From contig NZ_JAODIW010000008.1 in assembly GCF_026586625.1 (NCBI RefSeq), positions 93,332 through 157,331 of the forward strand: 64,000 nt of DNA. The letters run 5' to 3'. Each line of letters starts with the position of its first letter. Within the stretch, counting starts at the first letter, position 1. The DNA is from Halobium salinum. GTDB taxonomy: Archaea; Halobacteriota; Halobacteria; Halobacteriales; Haloferacaceae. This document shows positions 28,405 through 37,574 of this stretch, piece after piece. A program made the position numbers and the translations under genes. The notes under the pieces were generated by a model, which worked only from the letters and a program-made list of their open reading frames with translations, had not been told where the DNA came from and did not search any database.

Positions 28405-30168
28405 ATGAGAAACGCGAAAATCGTCTGTACGCTCGGGCCCGCCTCGGACGACCGGGGGACGATTCGGGACCTCGTCGACGCCGGCATGTCGGTGGCGCGG
28501 CTCAACGCCAGCCACGGGACGCCGGAGCACCGCGCCGAAGTCATCGACCGCATCCGCACCGTCGACGCGGCGACGGAGCCGCCGGTCGCCGCCATGGTCG
28601 ACCTGCAGGGACCGGAGGTCAGGACCGCACCGCTCGACGAGCCCATCCACCTCGACACCGGCTCCGAGGTGCGCTTCGTCGAGGGCGACGACGCCACCTC
28701 CGAGGAGGTCGGCCTCTCGTACTCCATCTCAGCGGCCGAACGGGGCGACCGCATCCTGCTCGACGACGGCCGCATCGAGGCGACCGTCGAGCGCGTCGAC
28801 GGCGAGACCGTAATCGGTACCGTCGTCTCCGGCGGCGACCTGGGCGGCCGGAAGGGCGTGAACCTCCCGGGCGTCGCGCTCGACATCGACCTCATCACGG
28901 AGAAAGACTGGAAGGAACTGGAGGTCGCCGTCGAGAAGGAGGCCGACTTCGTCGCCGCCTCGTTCGTCCGGAGCGCCGAGGACGTGTACGCCATCAGCGA
29001 CGCGCTCGACGAGCTCGGCGACGGCGGGGTCGACATCCCCATCGTCGCGAAAATCGAGCGCGCCGGCGCCGTCGACAACCTCGACGGCATCGTCGACGCC
29101 GCCTACGGCGTGATGGTCGCCCGCGGCGACCTCGGCGTCGAGTGCCCGCTGGAGGACGTGCCGATGATTCAGAAGCGCATCATCCGCAAGTGCGTCGAGA
29201 CGGGAACGCCCGTCATCACGGCCACGGAGATGCTGGACTCGATGGTCCACGCCCGCCGACCCACCCGCGCGGAGGCCTCAGACGTGGCGAACGCCGTCCT
29301 CGACGGCACCGACGCGGTGATGCTCTCCGGCGAGACGGCGGTGGGCGACCACCCCGTCCGCGTCGTCGAGACGATGGACCGCATCGTCCGACAGGTCGAG
29401 GACAGCGAGGAGTACTACGAGTCCCGCGAACAGCGCGTCCCGACCGCCGGCGAGGACTCGCGAACGGAAGCGCTCGCGCGTTCCGCCCGCTATCTCGCCC
29501 GCGACATCGGGGCGTCGGCGGTCGTCGCCGCCTCCGAGTCCGGCTACACGGCCAGGCGGACCGCGCAGTTCCGTCCGCCGGTGCCGGTCGTGGCGACGAC
29601 GCCGAACGACCGCGTGCGGCGTCAGCTCACCCTCTCGTGGGGCGTCGCGCCGCGGTACGCCGAGTACGCCGAGGGCGTCGACTCCATCATCGAGGGCGCC
29701 GTCGACGCCGCGATGGACGGCGGCGTCGCCGAGAGCGGCGACACGGTCGTCGTGCTCTCGGGGATGATGACCGAACTGGAGGGGACGAACTCGACGAACA
29801 TGCTGAAGGTCCACGTCGCCGCCGAGTCCATCGCCCACGGGCGGAAGATCGTCGGCGGCCGCGTCGCCGGCCCCGTCTTCCGCTCGACCGACGGCGACCT
29901 CTCTGCCGCCCCGAAGGGCGCGCTGCTCGTCCTCCCCGCGGAGTTCGACGGGGAGTTCGACGGCGACGCCCGGAAACTCGGCGGCATCGTCGACGCCCGC
30001 GCCGGCATGACGGGCTACCCGGCGCTCGTCGCCCGCGAACTCGACATCCCGATGGTGAGCGGCGCCCCGCTCCCCGACGAACTGCGCGACGGCGAGACCG
30101 TCACCCTCGACGCCGAACGCGGCGTCGTCTACGAGGGCGACGTGCTGACGCCGGGCCGGGGCCGGTAG
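28405..30168 (+). CDS. pyk: Pyruvate kinase with C-terminal PEP-utilizing-enzyme mobile domain
   Basis: MRNAKIVCTLGPAS…ARLNASHG… and …MVARGDLGVE… are pyruvate kinase motifs. The C-terminal roughly 90 aa (…GGIVDARAGMTGYPALVARELDIPMVSGAP…) resembles the PEP-utilizer domain. Confidence 0.9.
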   Translation: MRNAKIVCTLGPASDDRGTIRDLVDAGMSVARLNASHGTPEHRAEVIDRIRTVDAATEPPVAAMVDLQGPEVRTAPLDEPIHLDTGSEVRFVEGDDATSEEVGLSYSISAAERGDRILLDDGRIEATVERVDGETVIGTVVSGGDLGGRKGVNLPGVALDIDLITEKDWKELEVAVEKEADFVAASFVRSAEDVYAISDALDELGDGGVDIPIVAKIERAGAVDNLDGIVDAAYGVMVARGDLGVECPLEDVPMIQKRIIRKCVETGTPVITATEMLDSMVHARRPTRAEASDVANAVLDGTDAVMLSGETAVGDHPVRVVETMDRIVRQVEDSEEYYESREQRVPTAGEDSRTEALARSARYLARDIGASAVVAASESGYTARRTAQFRPPVPVVATTPNDRVRRQLTLSWGVAPRYAEYAEGVDSIIEGAVDAAMDGGVAESGDTVVVLSGMMTELEGTNSTNMLKVHVAAESIAHGRKIVGGRVAGPVFRSTDGDLSAAPKGALLVLPAEFDGEFDGDARKLGGIVDARAGMTGYPALVARELDIPMVSGAPLPDELRDGETVTLDAERGVVYEGDVLTPGRGR

Positions 30169-30268
30169 TCGTCGCCGCCGACCACGCGGTGTCGTGTCGG
30201 CCGACGCGTCGGTGACCGCGTCGCGAGACCCCGGAATCCCTTTGTCGTCCCCGCGGATACGAACGAGT

Positions 30269-30514
30269 ATGAGCGACAGGAGCGGTCGGCGCCGCGACGG
30301 GCCGAGCGCCGGCGACGGCGACGGGGACGGCGACGGCGAGGGCGAAGAGGGGGAGTGGCGCTTCGGACTCGACGAGGTTGGCGAGGACGCCGAACCGGAG
30401 CGCGAGCCACGAGAGCCGCTCGAACCGGAGTCGGTGTCGGTCGAGAACGCCTTCTTCGTCCTCGTCGGCGCGCTGGCGACGGTCCTGCTGTTCTGGGCGC
30501 TGGCGATGCCCTGA
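30269..30514 (+). CDS. Small acidic protein with C-terminal TM anchor
   Basis: MSDRSGRRRDGPSAGDGDGDGDGEGEEGEWRFGLDEV…NAFFVLVGALATVLLFWALAMP. Confidence 0.3.
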   Translation: MSDRSGRRRDGPSAGDGDGDGDGEGEEGEWRFGLDEVGEDAEPEREPREPLEPESVSVENAFFVLVGALATVLLFWALAMP

Positions 30515-30598
30515 GCGGGTCAGGGCGGACGGTCGGCGGCGGGCGGACCGCCGGGGTCCGTCCAAAGGGTTAATCGGTCGGCTTCCCTACCCGTCGAC

Positions 30599-31246
30599 AT
30601 GGACCGAGCGCGTGCCATCGTCCTCCAGTCGGGCCTCGTCGGTCCCGACACCCTTCCCCTCCTCCTCGTCATCGCCGGCATCGGCCTCTCCATCGCGGAG
30701 GCGTTCGCCCCCGGCGCCCACTTCATCGTCGTCGGCGTTGCCCTGCTGGCCGCGGGGCTCGTCGGCCTCCTACTGGGCTCGTTCGCGAGCCCCATCGTCC
30801 TCGCGCTGCTCGTCTTTCTGTTCGGCGCGCTGGCGCTGTACGGCTACCGCGAGTTCGACCTCTACGGCGGGAAGGGGACGGGCCAGACCTCCGACTCCGA
30901 CTCGCTGACGGGGAAAACCGGCCGCGTCACCGAGCGCGTCACGCCCACCGAGGGACAGATAAAGCTCGACGAAGGGGGGTTCAACCCCTTCTACGCGGCA
31001 CGGTCGGTCGACGGCGAGATTCCCGTCGGCAACGAGGTGATGGTCGTCGACCCCGGCGGCGGCAACGTCGTCACCGTCGAGTCCCTCGACGTCGTCGAGC
31101 GCGACGAAATCGACCGCGAGCTGGCGCGAGAGCGCGAGCGGTCGGCCGCCCGAAACGGGGACGACGGCGAGGCGGCGTCGGAAGACGCCGGGACGGGCGG
31201 GGACGAGTCGGAGCGCGAAGCCGAAACCGAGTCCGAGCGCAACTGA
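30599..31246 (+). CDS. nfeD: NfeD-family membrane protein (stomatin operon partner)
   Basis: N-terminal TM helices plus a C-terminal OB-fold-like region (…LTGKTGRVTERVTPTEGQIKLDEGGFNPFYAARSVDGEIPVGNEVMVVD…). Lies immediately upstream of the SPFH gene. Confidence 0.7.
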   Translation: MDRARAIVLQSGLVGPDTLPLLLVIAGIGLSIAEAFAPGAHFIVVGVALLAAGLVGLLLGSFASPIVLALLVFLFGALALYGYREFDLYGGKGTGQTSDSDSLTGKTGRVTERVTPTEGQIKLDEGGFNPFYAARSVDGEIPVGNEVMVVDPGGGNVVTVESLDVVERDEIDRELARERERSAARNGDDGEAASEDAGTGGDESEREAETESERN

Positions 31247-31372
31247 AGCGCTCGAGGGTCGCGCCGGCGTGGCGACGAGAGCCACCGAGGCGCCCGAAAC
31301 GGGCCGTTTACTCCTGTCGACCGCCCGACGCGCAGGGGAAGTATTATCCCTGCGACATACCAAGCGTCCGAT

Positions 31373-32629
31373 ATGGCCCCCGTATCAGCCATCGTGCCGT
31401 TGCAGGCCCTTGGTATCGGCGTGGCAGTCGTCGGACTGCTGTTGCTGATCCTCGCGGTCGTCGTCGTGTTCTCGATGGTCGAGATCGTGAACGCCTACGA
31501 GAAGCGTGCCCTCACCGTGTTCGGCGAGTACCGGAAGCTCCTCGAACCCGGCATCAACTTCGTGCCGCCGTTCGTCTCCCGGACGTACCCCTTCGACATG
31601 CGCACCCAGACGCTCGACGTGCCGCGTCAGGAGGCCATCACCCGGGACAACTCGCCCGTGACCGCCGACGCCGTCGTCTACATCAAGGTGATGGACGCGA
31701 AGAAGGCGTTCCTCGAAGTCGAGGAGTACAAGGTCGCCGTCTCCAACCTCGCTCAGACCACCCTCCGTGCCGTCCTGGGCGACATGGAACTCGACGACAC
31801 GCTGAACAAGCGCCAGGAGATCAACGCCCGCATCCGCCGCGAACTCGACGAGCCAACCGACGAGTGGGGGATTCGCGTCGAGTCCGTCGAGGTGCGCGAA
31901 GTGAACCCGAGCGCCGACGTCCAGCAGGCGATGGAGCAGCAGACCTCCGCCGAGCGCCGCCGGCGCGCCATGATTCTCGAGGCGCAGGGTGAGCGCCGCA
32001 GTGCCGTGGAGTCCGCGGAGGGTGAGAAGCAGTCGAACATCATCCGCGCCCAGGGTGAGAAGCAGTCCCAGATTCTGGAAGCGCAGGGTGACGCCATCTC
32101 GACCGTCCTGCGTGCGAAGTCCGCCGAGTCGATGGGCGAGCGCGCCATCATCGACAAGGGGATGGAGACGCTCGAGAACATCGGCCAGTCCGAGTCGACG
32201 ACGTTCGTCCTGCCCCAGGAGCTCACCAGCCTCGTCGGCCGGTACGGCAAGCAGCTCTCCGGCAGCGACGTACAGGAGAAGGCCGGCCTCGACTCGCTCG
32301 ACTTCGACGAGGAGACCCGCGAGCTCATCGGTCTCGACGACATCGAGGAGATAATCGGACAGATAGACGAGGCCGCCGAGATGGACGTCGAACAGCTCGA
32401 ACAGGAGGCCGAAGCCGTCAAGGCCGGCGAAGGTGCCGACATGAAGAGCGCCGAGGAGGTCATCTCCGAGGCGAACGAGGAGGACGGTCTCGGCGACGGG
32501 TCGACCGCCGGCGGGAGCACGGCCAGCGCCGACGACACCGGTACCGCCACTGCCGACACCGCCGACGGCGCCGCCGCGGACGGCGAATCGGCCGCGACGG
32601 ACCGCGAGCCCGAGCCCGAGACGGAGTAG
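31373..32629 (+). CDS. SPFH/Band-7 (stomatin/prohibitin-like) protein with repeat-containing coiled-coil C-terminus
   Basis: N-terminal TM helix then the SPFH core (…LTVFGEYRKLLEPGINFVPPFVSRTYPFDMRTQTLDVPRQEAITRDNSPVTADAVVYIKV…). Internal AQGE(K/R)xS repeats and an acidic tail. Confidence 0.8.
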   Translation: MAPVSAIVPLQALGIGVAVVGLLLLILAVVVVFSMVEIVNAYEKRALTVFGEYRKLLEPGINFVPPFVSRTYPFDMRTQTLDVPRQEAITRDNSPVTADAVVYIKVMDAKKAFLEVEEYKVAVSNLAQTTLRAVLGDMELDDTLNKRQEINARIRRELDEPTDEWGIRVESVEVREVNPSADVQQAMEQQTSAERRRRAMILEAQGERRSAVESAEGEKQSNIIRAQGEKQSQILEAQGDAISTVLRAKSAESMGERAIIDKGMETLENIGQSESTTFVLPQELTSLVGRYGKQLSGSDVQEKAGLDSLDFDEETRELIGLDDIEEIIGQIDEAAEMDVEQLEQEAEAVKAGEGADMKSAEEVISEANEEDGLGDGSTAGGSTASADDTGTATADTADGAAADGESAATDREPEPETE

Positions 32630-32687
32630 CGGCCGGGCCGACACGCAGCCGAAGCTTTTTCTTCACGAGCCGTCTACCCCGAAGCAG

Positions 32688-33320
32688 ATGCCACGGGGGG
32701 AGGACTCGTCCGTCGACGAGGGGAAGCGGGCTACGCTCCGTCGGTTCGCGGCGCTCGGAGCGGCGACGCCGCTGGTCGGGCTCGGCGACGCGAAGGATGC
32801 CGACGGCGACGGCGCCGACCGTAGCGACGCCCGCGACGCCATCGTCGGCTACCTCGCCGCGACCCCCGGCGCGCACTTCTCGAAGATTCGCGACGACCTC
32901 CAACTGGGCACCGGTGAGACCCAGCACCACCTCCGGCGGCTGGGCTCGGCGGGAGTGGTCACGTCGCGCAAGGACGGCGACTACAGCCGGTTCTTCCCGA
33001 CGGGTCGCTTCTCGGAGTACGAGCAGGTCGCGCTGGGGTACCTCCGGCGTTCGACTCCCCGCGGGATGCTCATCGAACTCCTGCGGGACCCCGACGCGAC
33101 CGGGAGCGACCTCGCCGACGCGCTCGACGTGTCGCGCGCCACCGTCTCGAACTACGCCGCCGACCTCGACGAGGCGGGGCTGATGACCCGCGAGGACGGG
33201 TACGCCGTCGCCAAGCCGGAGGTCGTCATCACGCTCCTTCTCAGGTACGCCGACTCCTTCGGCGCCGACGCCGCGACGTTCGCGGCCGAGGCGGACCGGT
33301 ACATTCGGTTCGATCCGTAG
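32688..33320 (+). CDS. Putative winged-helix transcriptional regulator (two wHTH-like segments) with Tat-like N-terminal motif
   Basis: RATLRRFAALGAATPLVGLG at the N-terminus. wHTH-like IVGYLAATPGAHFSKIRDDLQLGTGETQHHLRRLGSAGVVTSRKDGDYSRFFP and a second …LIELLRDPDATGSDLADALDVSRATVSNYAADLDEAGLMTREDG…. Confidence 0.45.
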   Translation: MPRGEDSSVDEGKRATLRRFAALGAATPLVGLGDAKDADGDGADRSDARDAIVGYLAATPGAHFSKIRDDLQLGTGETQHHLRRLGSAGVVTSRKDGDYSRFFPTGRFSEYEQVALGYLRRSTPRGMLIELLRDPDATGSDLADALDVSRATVSNYAADLDEAGLMTREDGYAVAKPEVVITLLLRYADSFGADAATFAAEADRYIRFDP

Positions 33321-33337
33321 CCGGTCCCACCAGCCCG

Positions 33338-34009
33338 TCAGCCCGTCGGACGTAACTCCGTCAACGCCGTCAGCGACTCGACTTCGTACGTCGGCTCCCG
33401 CTCCAACGTCACGTCCCGATTGTGCGAGCGACGAACGAACGCCGCGTCCATCTCCGCCCGGTCGGCGGCGACCACGTCGCTCTCGCGGTCGCCGACGTAC
33501 AGCGAGTCTTCGGCCGCGACGCCGAGGTCGTCGAGCGTCTCGCGGAGGTAGTGCGGATCGGGCTTCTTGCGTTCGTACCCCTCGACGGTCGGGTCGCGTC
33601 CCCGGAGCACCGACGCCGACTCGGCGAACCCGACCCAGTCGGCGACGAACTCGACGGTCGCCTGTCGGTTGTTGCTGACGACGGCGATTTCGTGCGTCTC
33701 GGCGAGCGTCGAGAGGACCGCGGCGTCGTCGTAGGGGGCGCGGTCGCCCGCGTCGAGGCGCTCGTGTTCGAGTTCGCTCGCGCGCGCCTCCCGGTCGGCC
33801 CAGAAGGCGTCGGGGTCGAGTCCCTCGGCCGCGGCGGCGTCGAGGATGTCGCAGTGAGCGCCGTCGTGGTGGTCGAGGAGGTCGTCGGGCACGTCGGTGA
33901 CGCCGGCGTCGGCGAACAACTCGCGCGTCGCGTCGTGGTAGAGCGTCGGGTCCGTTCCACGGCCGTCGAGCAACACCCCGTCCATGTCGAACAGAATCGC
34001 GTCGTACAT
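33338..34009 (-). CDS. HAD-superfamily hydrolase
   Basis: MYDAILFDMDGVLLD (motif I DxDGVL), and a C-terminal …VGDRESDVVAA… (motif IV). Confidence 0.75.
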   Translation of the reverse strand: MYDAILFDMDGVLLDGRGTDPTLYHDATRELFADAGVTDVPDDLLDHHDGAHCDILDAAAAEGLDPDAFWADREARASELEHERLDAGDRAPYDDAAVLSTLAETHEIAVVSNNRQATVEFVADWVGFAESASVLRGRDPTVEGYERKKPDPHYLRETLDDLGVAAEDSLYVGDRESDVVAADRAEMDAAFVRRSHNRDVTLEREPTYEVESLTALTELRPTG

Positions 34010-34261
34010 TCGAGCGCTCGCGCTTGGGGAGGCGAGAGCAAACCGTTTCCGGGGACTGGGCGGGGTCCGGTCGAGGCCGGTGCGAGGTCTGGACCGGCCG
34101 CTGTCGACGTCACGTCCGAGTCGAGCGCTGGTCCGGACGGGGCGGAGGGCCACCGGCGAGTGACTGGGCGGTGGGACGATGCCAGCCCAGTGCGGTAACG
34201 CCGGCCCGGTGGGGCGATACCGGTGGCCGACTCGGTGAGATGACGCCGAGGCGAGCGGCGG

Positions 34262-34525
34262 TCAGACCGTAACCTTCCAGGTCGTCCCCGAGGAGTAGCC
34301 CCACTTCTCGACGGACACGTCGAACTCGCCGTCGAGCAGAGGCGACATGTTGGCACCGACCTCCTTCGCCGTCAGGTCGAGCTCCTCGGCGATGAGCCGG
34401 GACTTGAAGTAGGTCTTCGTCGCCCCCTCCTCGCGGAGGTAGGCGAGGATTCGACGCTGTTTGTCGGTGAGGTCGGTGGTGGGGTCGGCAGCGGTTGCGG
34501 CGCCGGTCGCGGAAGTCGCGCTCAT
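34262..34525 (-). CDS. Small winged-helix protein, paralog A
   Basis: 87 aa from the internal ATG (MSATSATGAATAADPTTDLTDKQRRILAYLREEGATKTYFKSRLIAEELDLTAKEVGANMSPLLDGEFDVSVEKWGYSSGTTWKVTV). By eye it aligns with ORF 56819..57043 (RRILxYL…YF+…IAEx+xL+AKxVG…L…E…V…EKWG…TTW+VT). Confidence 0.5.
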   Translation of the reverse strand: MSATSATGAATAADPTTDLTDKQRRILAYLREEGATKTYFKSRLIAEELDLTAKEVGANMSPLLDGEFDVSVEKWGYSSGTTWKVTV

Positions 34526-34722
34526 ACATCTACGGAGGAGAGTATCTCCAAAAGGGGATTTGGTACGGGAGGTTAACACGGCGCCGTCGAGCGGTTTTTG
34601 CGTCGTGTGAAGGACGTGACCGGTGTGGCACCCCCGCCAGCGGACGACGACGAGGTCGACAGGTACAGTCGGCTAACGGGCCTGACGGTCGAGAGAGCGG
34701 GGGAGCGTGGCTGGCGACGGGG

Positions 34723-35142
34723 TCAGTGGTGTGGCTCGTCGGGACGCGGGTCCTCGAACTCGAGCGTACACCAGTGACAGAACCCCATCTCGGGGTCGAC
34801 GGGCCGGGCACAGGCGGGGCAGGTCGGTCCCTCGGTCCCCGCGTGACTCCGCCGGCCGAGGACGTACGCGTCGAATATCGAGAGCGAGAGCAGCACGAAC
34901 AGTGTGACGACGACCCACCGGGGCCACTGCTGGACGTCGAGCAGGAACCCCGGCTCCATGAGTCGGGCCGGGTCGAACGCCATCGTGAGGAGTACCAGCG
35001 AGGCGCCCGCAGAGAGCGCGAACCAGGCGACGGCGCGTCGCCACTCGCGTAGGAAGAGGTGGCCGAGGCCGGCGACGCCGACGACGGCGCCGATGGCGCC
35101 GATCATGGCGGCCACGAACGCACGACGGCTCGTATCGGTCAT
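34723..35142 (-). CDS. Small membrane protein with C-terminal zinc ribbon
   Basis: 139 aa from the internal ATG (MTDTSRRAFVAAMIGAIGAVVGVAGLG…). Three TM segments, then CPACARPVDPEMGFCHWC. Confidence 0.45.
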   Translation of the reverse strand: MTDTSRRAFVAAMIGAIGAVVGVAGLGHLFLREWRRAVAWFALSAGASLVLLTMAFDPARLMEPGFLLDVQQWPRWVVVTLFVLLSLSIFDAYVLGRRSHAGTEGPTCPACARPVDPEMGFCHWCTLEFEDPRPDEPHH

Positions 35143-35249
35143 TGCACGTCCTACGAACCGGATGTGGGATAAAGACCGGGGGTCCGAGACTCGAAACTGA
35201 TACTGCCAGGGGTCGGCGGCGGCGCCGTCGACAGCCGCGACGCCGTCGC

Positions 35250-35942
35250 TCAGTCGCCCCCGAGCAGGTCCACCAGCGTCCGGAGCGTCCCGAGGTCGTA
35301 CTGGCCCGGCGCGGTGGCGTCGGCCGGGTCGACCGGCGCGTAGCCGATTCGCGACCCGTAGACGGGGGCGACGGCGCGGGTGTGCCGTCCCGGCTCCCCC
35401 ATCGCCATCGTGGCCGGCGTCCCGCCGTCGGCCGCGACCGCGTAGGTCGCCTGCAACAGCGCGAGCGCGTCGCCGCGGTCGGTCGCCGTCGTCGCGAGCT
35501 TCCCCACGTCGCCGGCGTCGCAGGCGGCCGAGAGCTGTTCGCGGAGCGCGTCGGGACGCGCCGTCCCCTCGAAGTCGTGGACCGAGGCGACGACGGCGAC
35601 GCCCGACTCCCGGGCGTGCTCGCGCAGCGCGTCCGCCTCCGCCGCGTCGACGCCGCCCCGTCCCTCGAAGCAGGCCGCTTCGACGTCGACCGCCTCGACG
35701 GCGTCGTGGTCGACCGCCTCGGCGAGGACGGCGAGTCGCCCCTCGTCGTCGGCCTCGCCGCCCTCCCACGTCGCCCGGTTGGTCGCGAGAAGCGGCAGCG
35801 TCCCGTCGTAGTCGTCGAGCGCCGCGAGCGGGTCGTCCGCGAGGTCCATTCGGAACTCCACGGCGTCAGCGTCGTCGCGGGCGGCGGCCTCGTCGTCGAG
35901 GTCCGCCGTCGAGGCCGCGAGCACGAACGAATCGAACTCCAT
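35250..35942 (-). CDS. aroD: 3-dehydroquinate dehydratase, type I
   Basis: MEFDSFVLAASTADLDD…VEFRMDL…LLATNRATWEGG… matches the AroD type I pattern. Internal ATG used. Confidence 0.8.
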   Translation of the reverse strand: MEFDSFVLAASTADLDDEAAARDDADAVEFRMDLADDPLAALDDYDGTLPLLATNRATWEGGEADDEGRLAVLAEAVDHDAVEAVDVEAACFEGRGGVDAAEADALREHARESGVAVVASVHDFEGTARPDALREQLSAACDAGDVGKLATTATDRGDALALLQATYAVAADGGTPATMAMGEPGRHTRAVAPVYGSRIGYAPVDPADATAPGQYDLGTLRTLVDLLGGD

Positions 35943-36002
35943 AGTCCGACCTCCGGCGCCGGCGACAAAACGCTGTCTCACCCGCGCGGACGAAGCGCCG
36001 GC

Positions 36003-36150
36003 GCGGGACGGGGTGGGAAGCGGGGAAGAAGGAAAAGAGAAGAGCGGAGGGAATGGGAGGAAAGCGGACAGGGAGGAGAGCAGAGGGGAGGAAAGCGGAC
36101 AGGGAGGAGAGCAGAGGGGAGGAGAGCAGAGGAGAGGAAAACGGAGGGGA
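36003..36150. repeat. Polypurine (GA-rich) tract with a 31-nt direct repeat (ggaaagcggacagggaggagagcagagggga x2)
   Basis: Seen directly in the sequence. Lies between the MTase gene 3' end and the aroD 5' end. On the transcribed (minus) strand it is a CT-rich tract. Confidence 0.5.
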
Positions 36151-36161
36151 TACCGGGCGCG

Positions 36162-37331
36162 TCACCCCTCGAAGGGGGTGTAGTCGACGCGGTACCGACG
36201 GGCGGGTGCGGTGGTCTCGCGGGTGCCACCCTCGCCCGAGTCGGTGTCGTCGATGCGGTCGACGCCGTCGACGGCGTAGAACCGGATGCGGCGCTCCTGC
36301 TTCGTGACGACGGGCACGTCGTAGTGGACCGCCTCGTAGTTCGGGTCGCGGTCGCGGTCGGCGAGGAAGTCGCGGTGTCGCTCGAGGCGGGCGCTGAGGT
36401 GCCGGTCGGAGCGCTCGGCGAGACCGCTCCGGCGGTCGTCGAAGGCGGCGACGAAGTCGGGGTCGAGTTCGTAGCCGACCGAGTCACGAGCCGCGAGCAT
36501 CGCGGCGAGGGTCGTCGTCCCCGTCCCCCAGAAGGGGTCGAGGACGGTGTCGCCGTACGCGGAGTACATCCGAACCAACCGGAGCGGGAGTTCGAGGGGG
36601 TACGCCGCAGAGCGGTCGCGGACGTCCGTCGCCCCCTCCGATTCGGTCGCGTCGTCCGCGTCACCCGCTCCCCCGGTGCCCCCCGCTCCGGTGCCGGCTC
36701 CGCTGTCGGCCGCGTCCTCGCGGTCGGCGAGCGTCTGCGTCGTCCCGCCCAACTCCCACAGGTCGGAGAACCAGCGGTTGCGCTCCTCCCAGAAGAAGGC
36801 GCTCTCGTAGCGGGCGTCGTCGCCGGGGGGGAACCGGCGGGTCTCCCCCTTCCGGAAGACGAGGACGTACTCGTGTTCGAGCGTGACGTAGGCGTTCGAG
36901 GGGAGCATCCCCGAACCCATGAACTTCGTGAGGCTGTTGGTCGGCTTGCGCCAGAGGATATCGGGGAGCGCTCGTAGGCCCCGTTCACGGAGGGCGGCGA
37001 GGACGCGGGCGTGATTGGGGTACTGCCGGAACCCGTCGTCGAGCGAGCGGGTCGCGTCGCCGACGTTGACGCAGGCGATTCCCCCCGGCGCGAGCACCCG
37101 AACGACCTCGTCCCAGACGGCGTCGAGCGTCTCGTGCATCCGCTCGAACGCCGTCTCCCCGTCGCCGCGGTCGAGCGCGTCCCGGACCGCCGGCTCCTGC
37201 TCGGCGAACAGGTCGTCCCACATCTCTATCATCGGGTACGGCGGGGAGGTGACGACGAGGTCGACGGCGCCGTCGTCGACGGCGGCCATGTCGGCGGCGT
37301 CGGCGACGTAGAGGCGGTGCTCGGTTCGCAC
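36162..37331 (-). CDS. Site-specific DNA methyltransferase (N4-cytosine/N6-adenine, beta-class), apparently orphan
   Basis: Motif IV DLVVTSPPY lies near the N-terminus and motif I (VLDPFWGTGTT) near the C-terminus, the beta-class order. A low-complexity insert (…DSGAGTGAGGTGGAGDADD…). No restriction endonuclease candidate is adjacent. Confidence 0.8.
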   Translation of the reverse strand: MRTEHRLYVADAADMAAVDDGAVDLVVTSPPYPMIEMWDDLFAEQEPAVRDALDRGDGETAFERMHETLDAVWDEVVRVLAPGGIACVNVGDATRSLDDGFRQYPNHARVLAALRERGLRALPDILWRKPTNSLTKFMGSGMLPSNAYVTLEHEYVLVFRKGETRRFPPGDDARYESAFFWEERNRWFSDLWELGGTTQTLADREDAADSGAGTGAGGTGGAGDADDATESEGATDVRDRSAAYPLELPLRLVRMYSAYGDTVLDPFWGTGTTTLAAMLAARDSVGYELDPDFVAAFDDRRSGLAERSDRHLSARLERHRDFLADRDRDPNYEAVHYDVPVVTKQERRIRFYAVDGVDRIDDTDSGEGGTRETTAPARRYRVDYTPFEG

Positions 37332-37574
37332 TGCGTAGCGGTTGGTGTGGAGGGTACTAGTCTTTTCGCCGAGTTGGGGGGTACTCTGAAAACGGCGGCG
37401 TGTCGACGGAGACGGAACTGTACCGGCGTCCCACGGAGGCCCCCGCTCCCTTCCGGAGCTTCACCCTACGTCGGCTGGCCGGTTAGTCGCCGTTGGCGCC
37501 ACGAACGGTGAGTCGTCGCTCGCAGTCGCGTCCGGTTCCGACAGCCCGATGTGGGTCGGCGTCGGACCGCGACC

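Noticed and set aside
34580-34722. Looked for the TACCAGT-type operator repeats upstream of wHTH paralog A as well.
   Set aside because: Only loosely similar GTAC-containing segments were seen (ttggtacggg and caggtacagtc). They are not convincing, so they were not reported as a shared motif.
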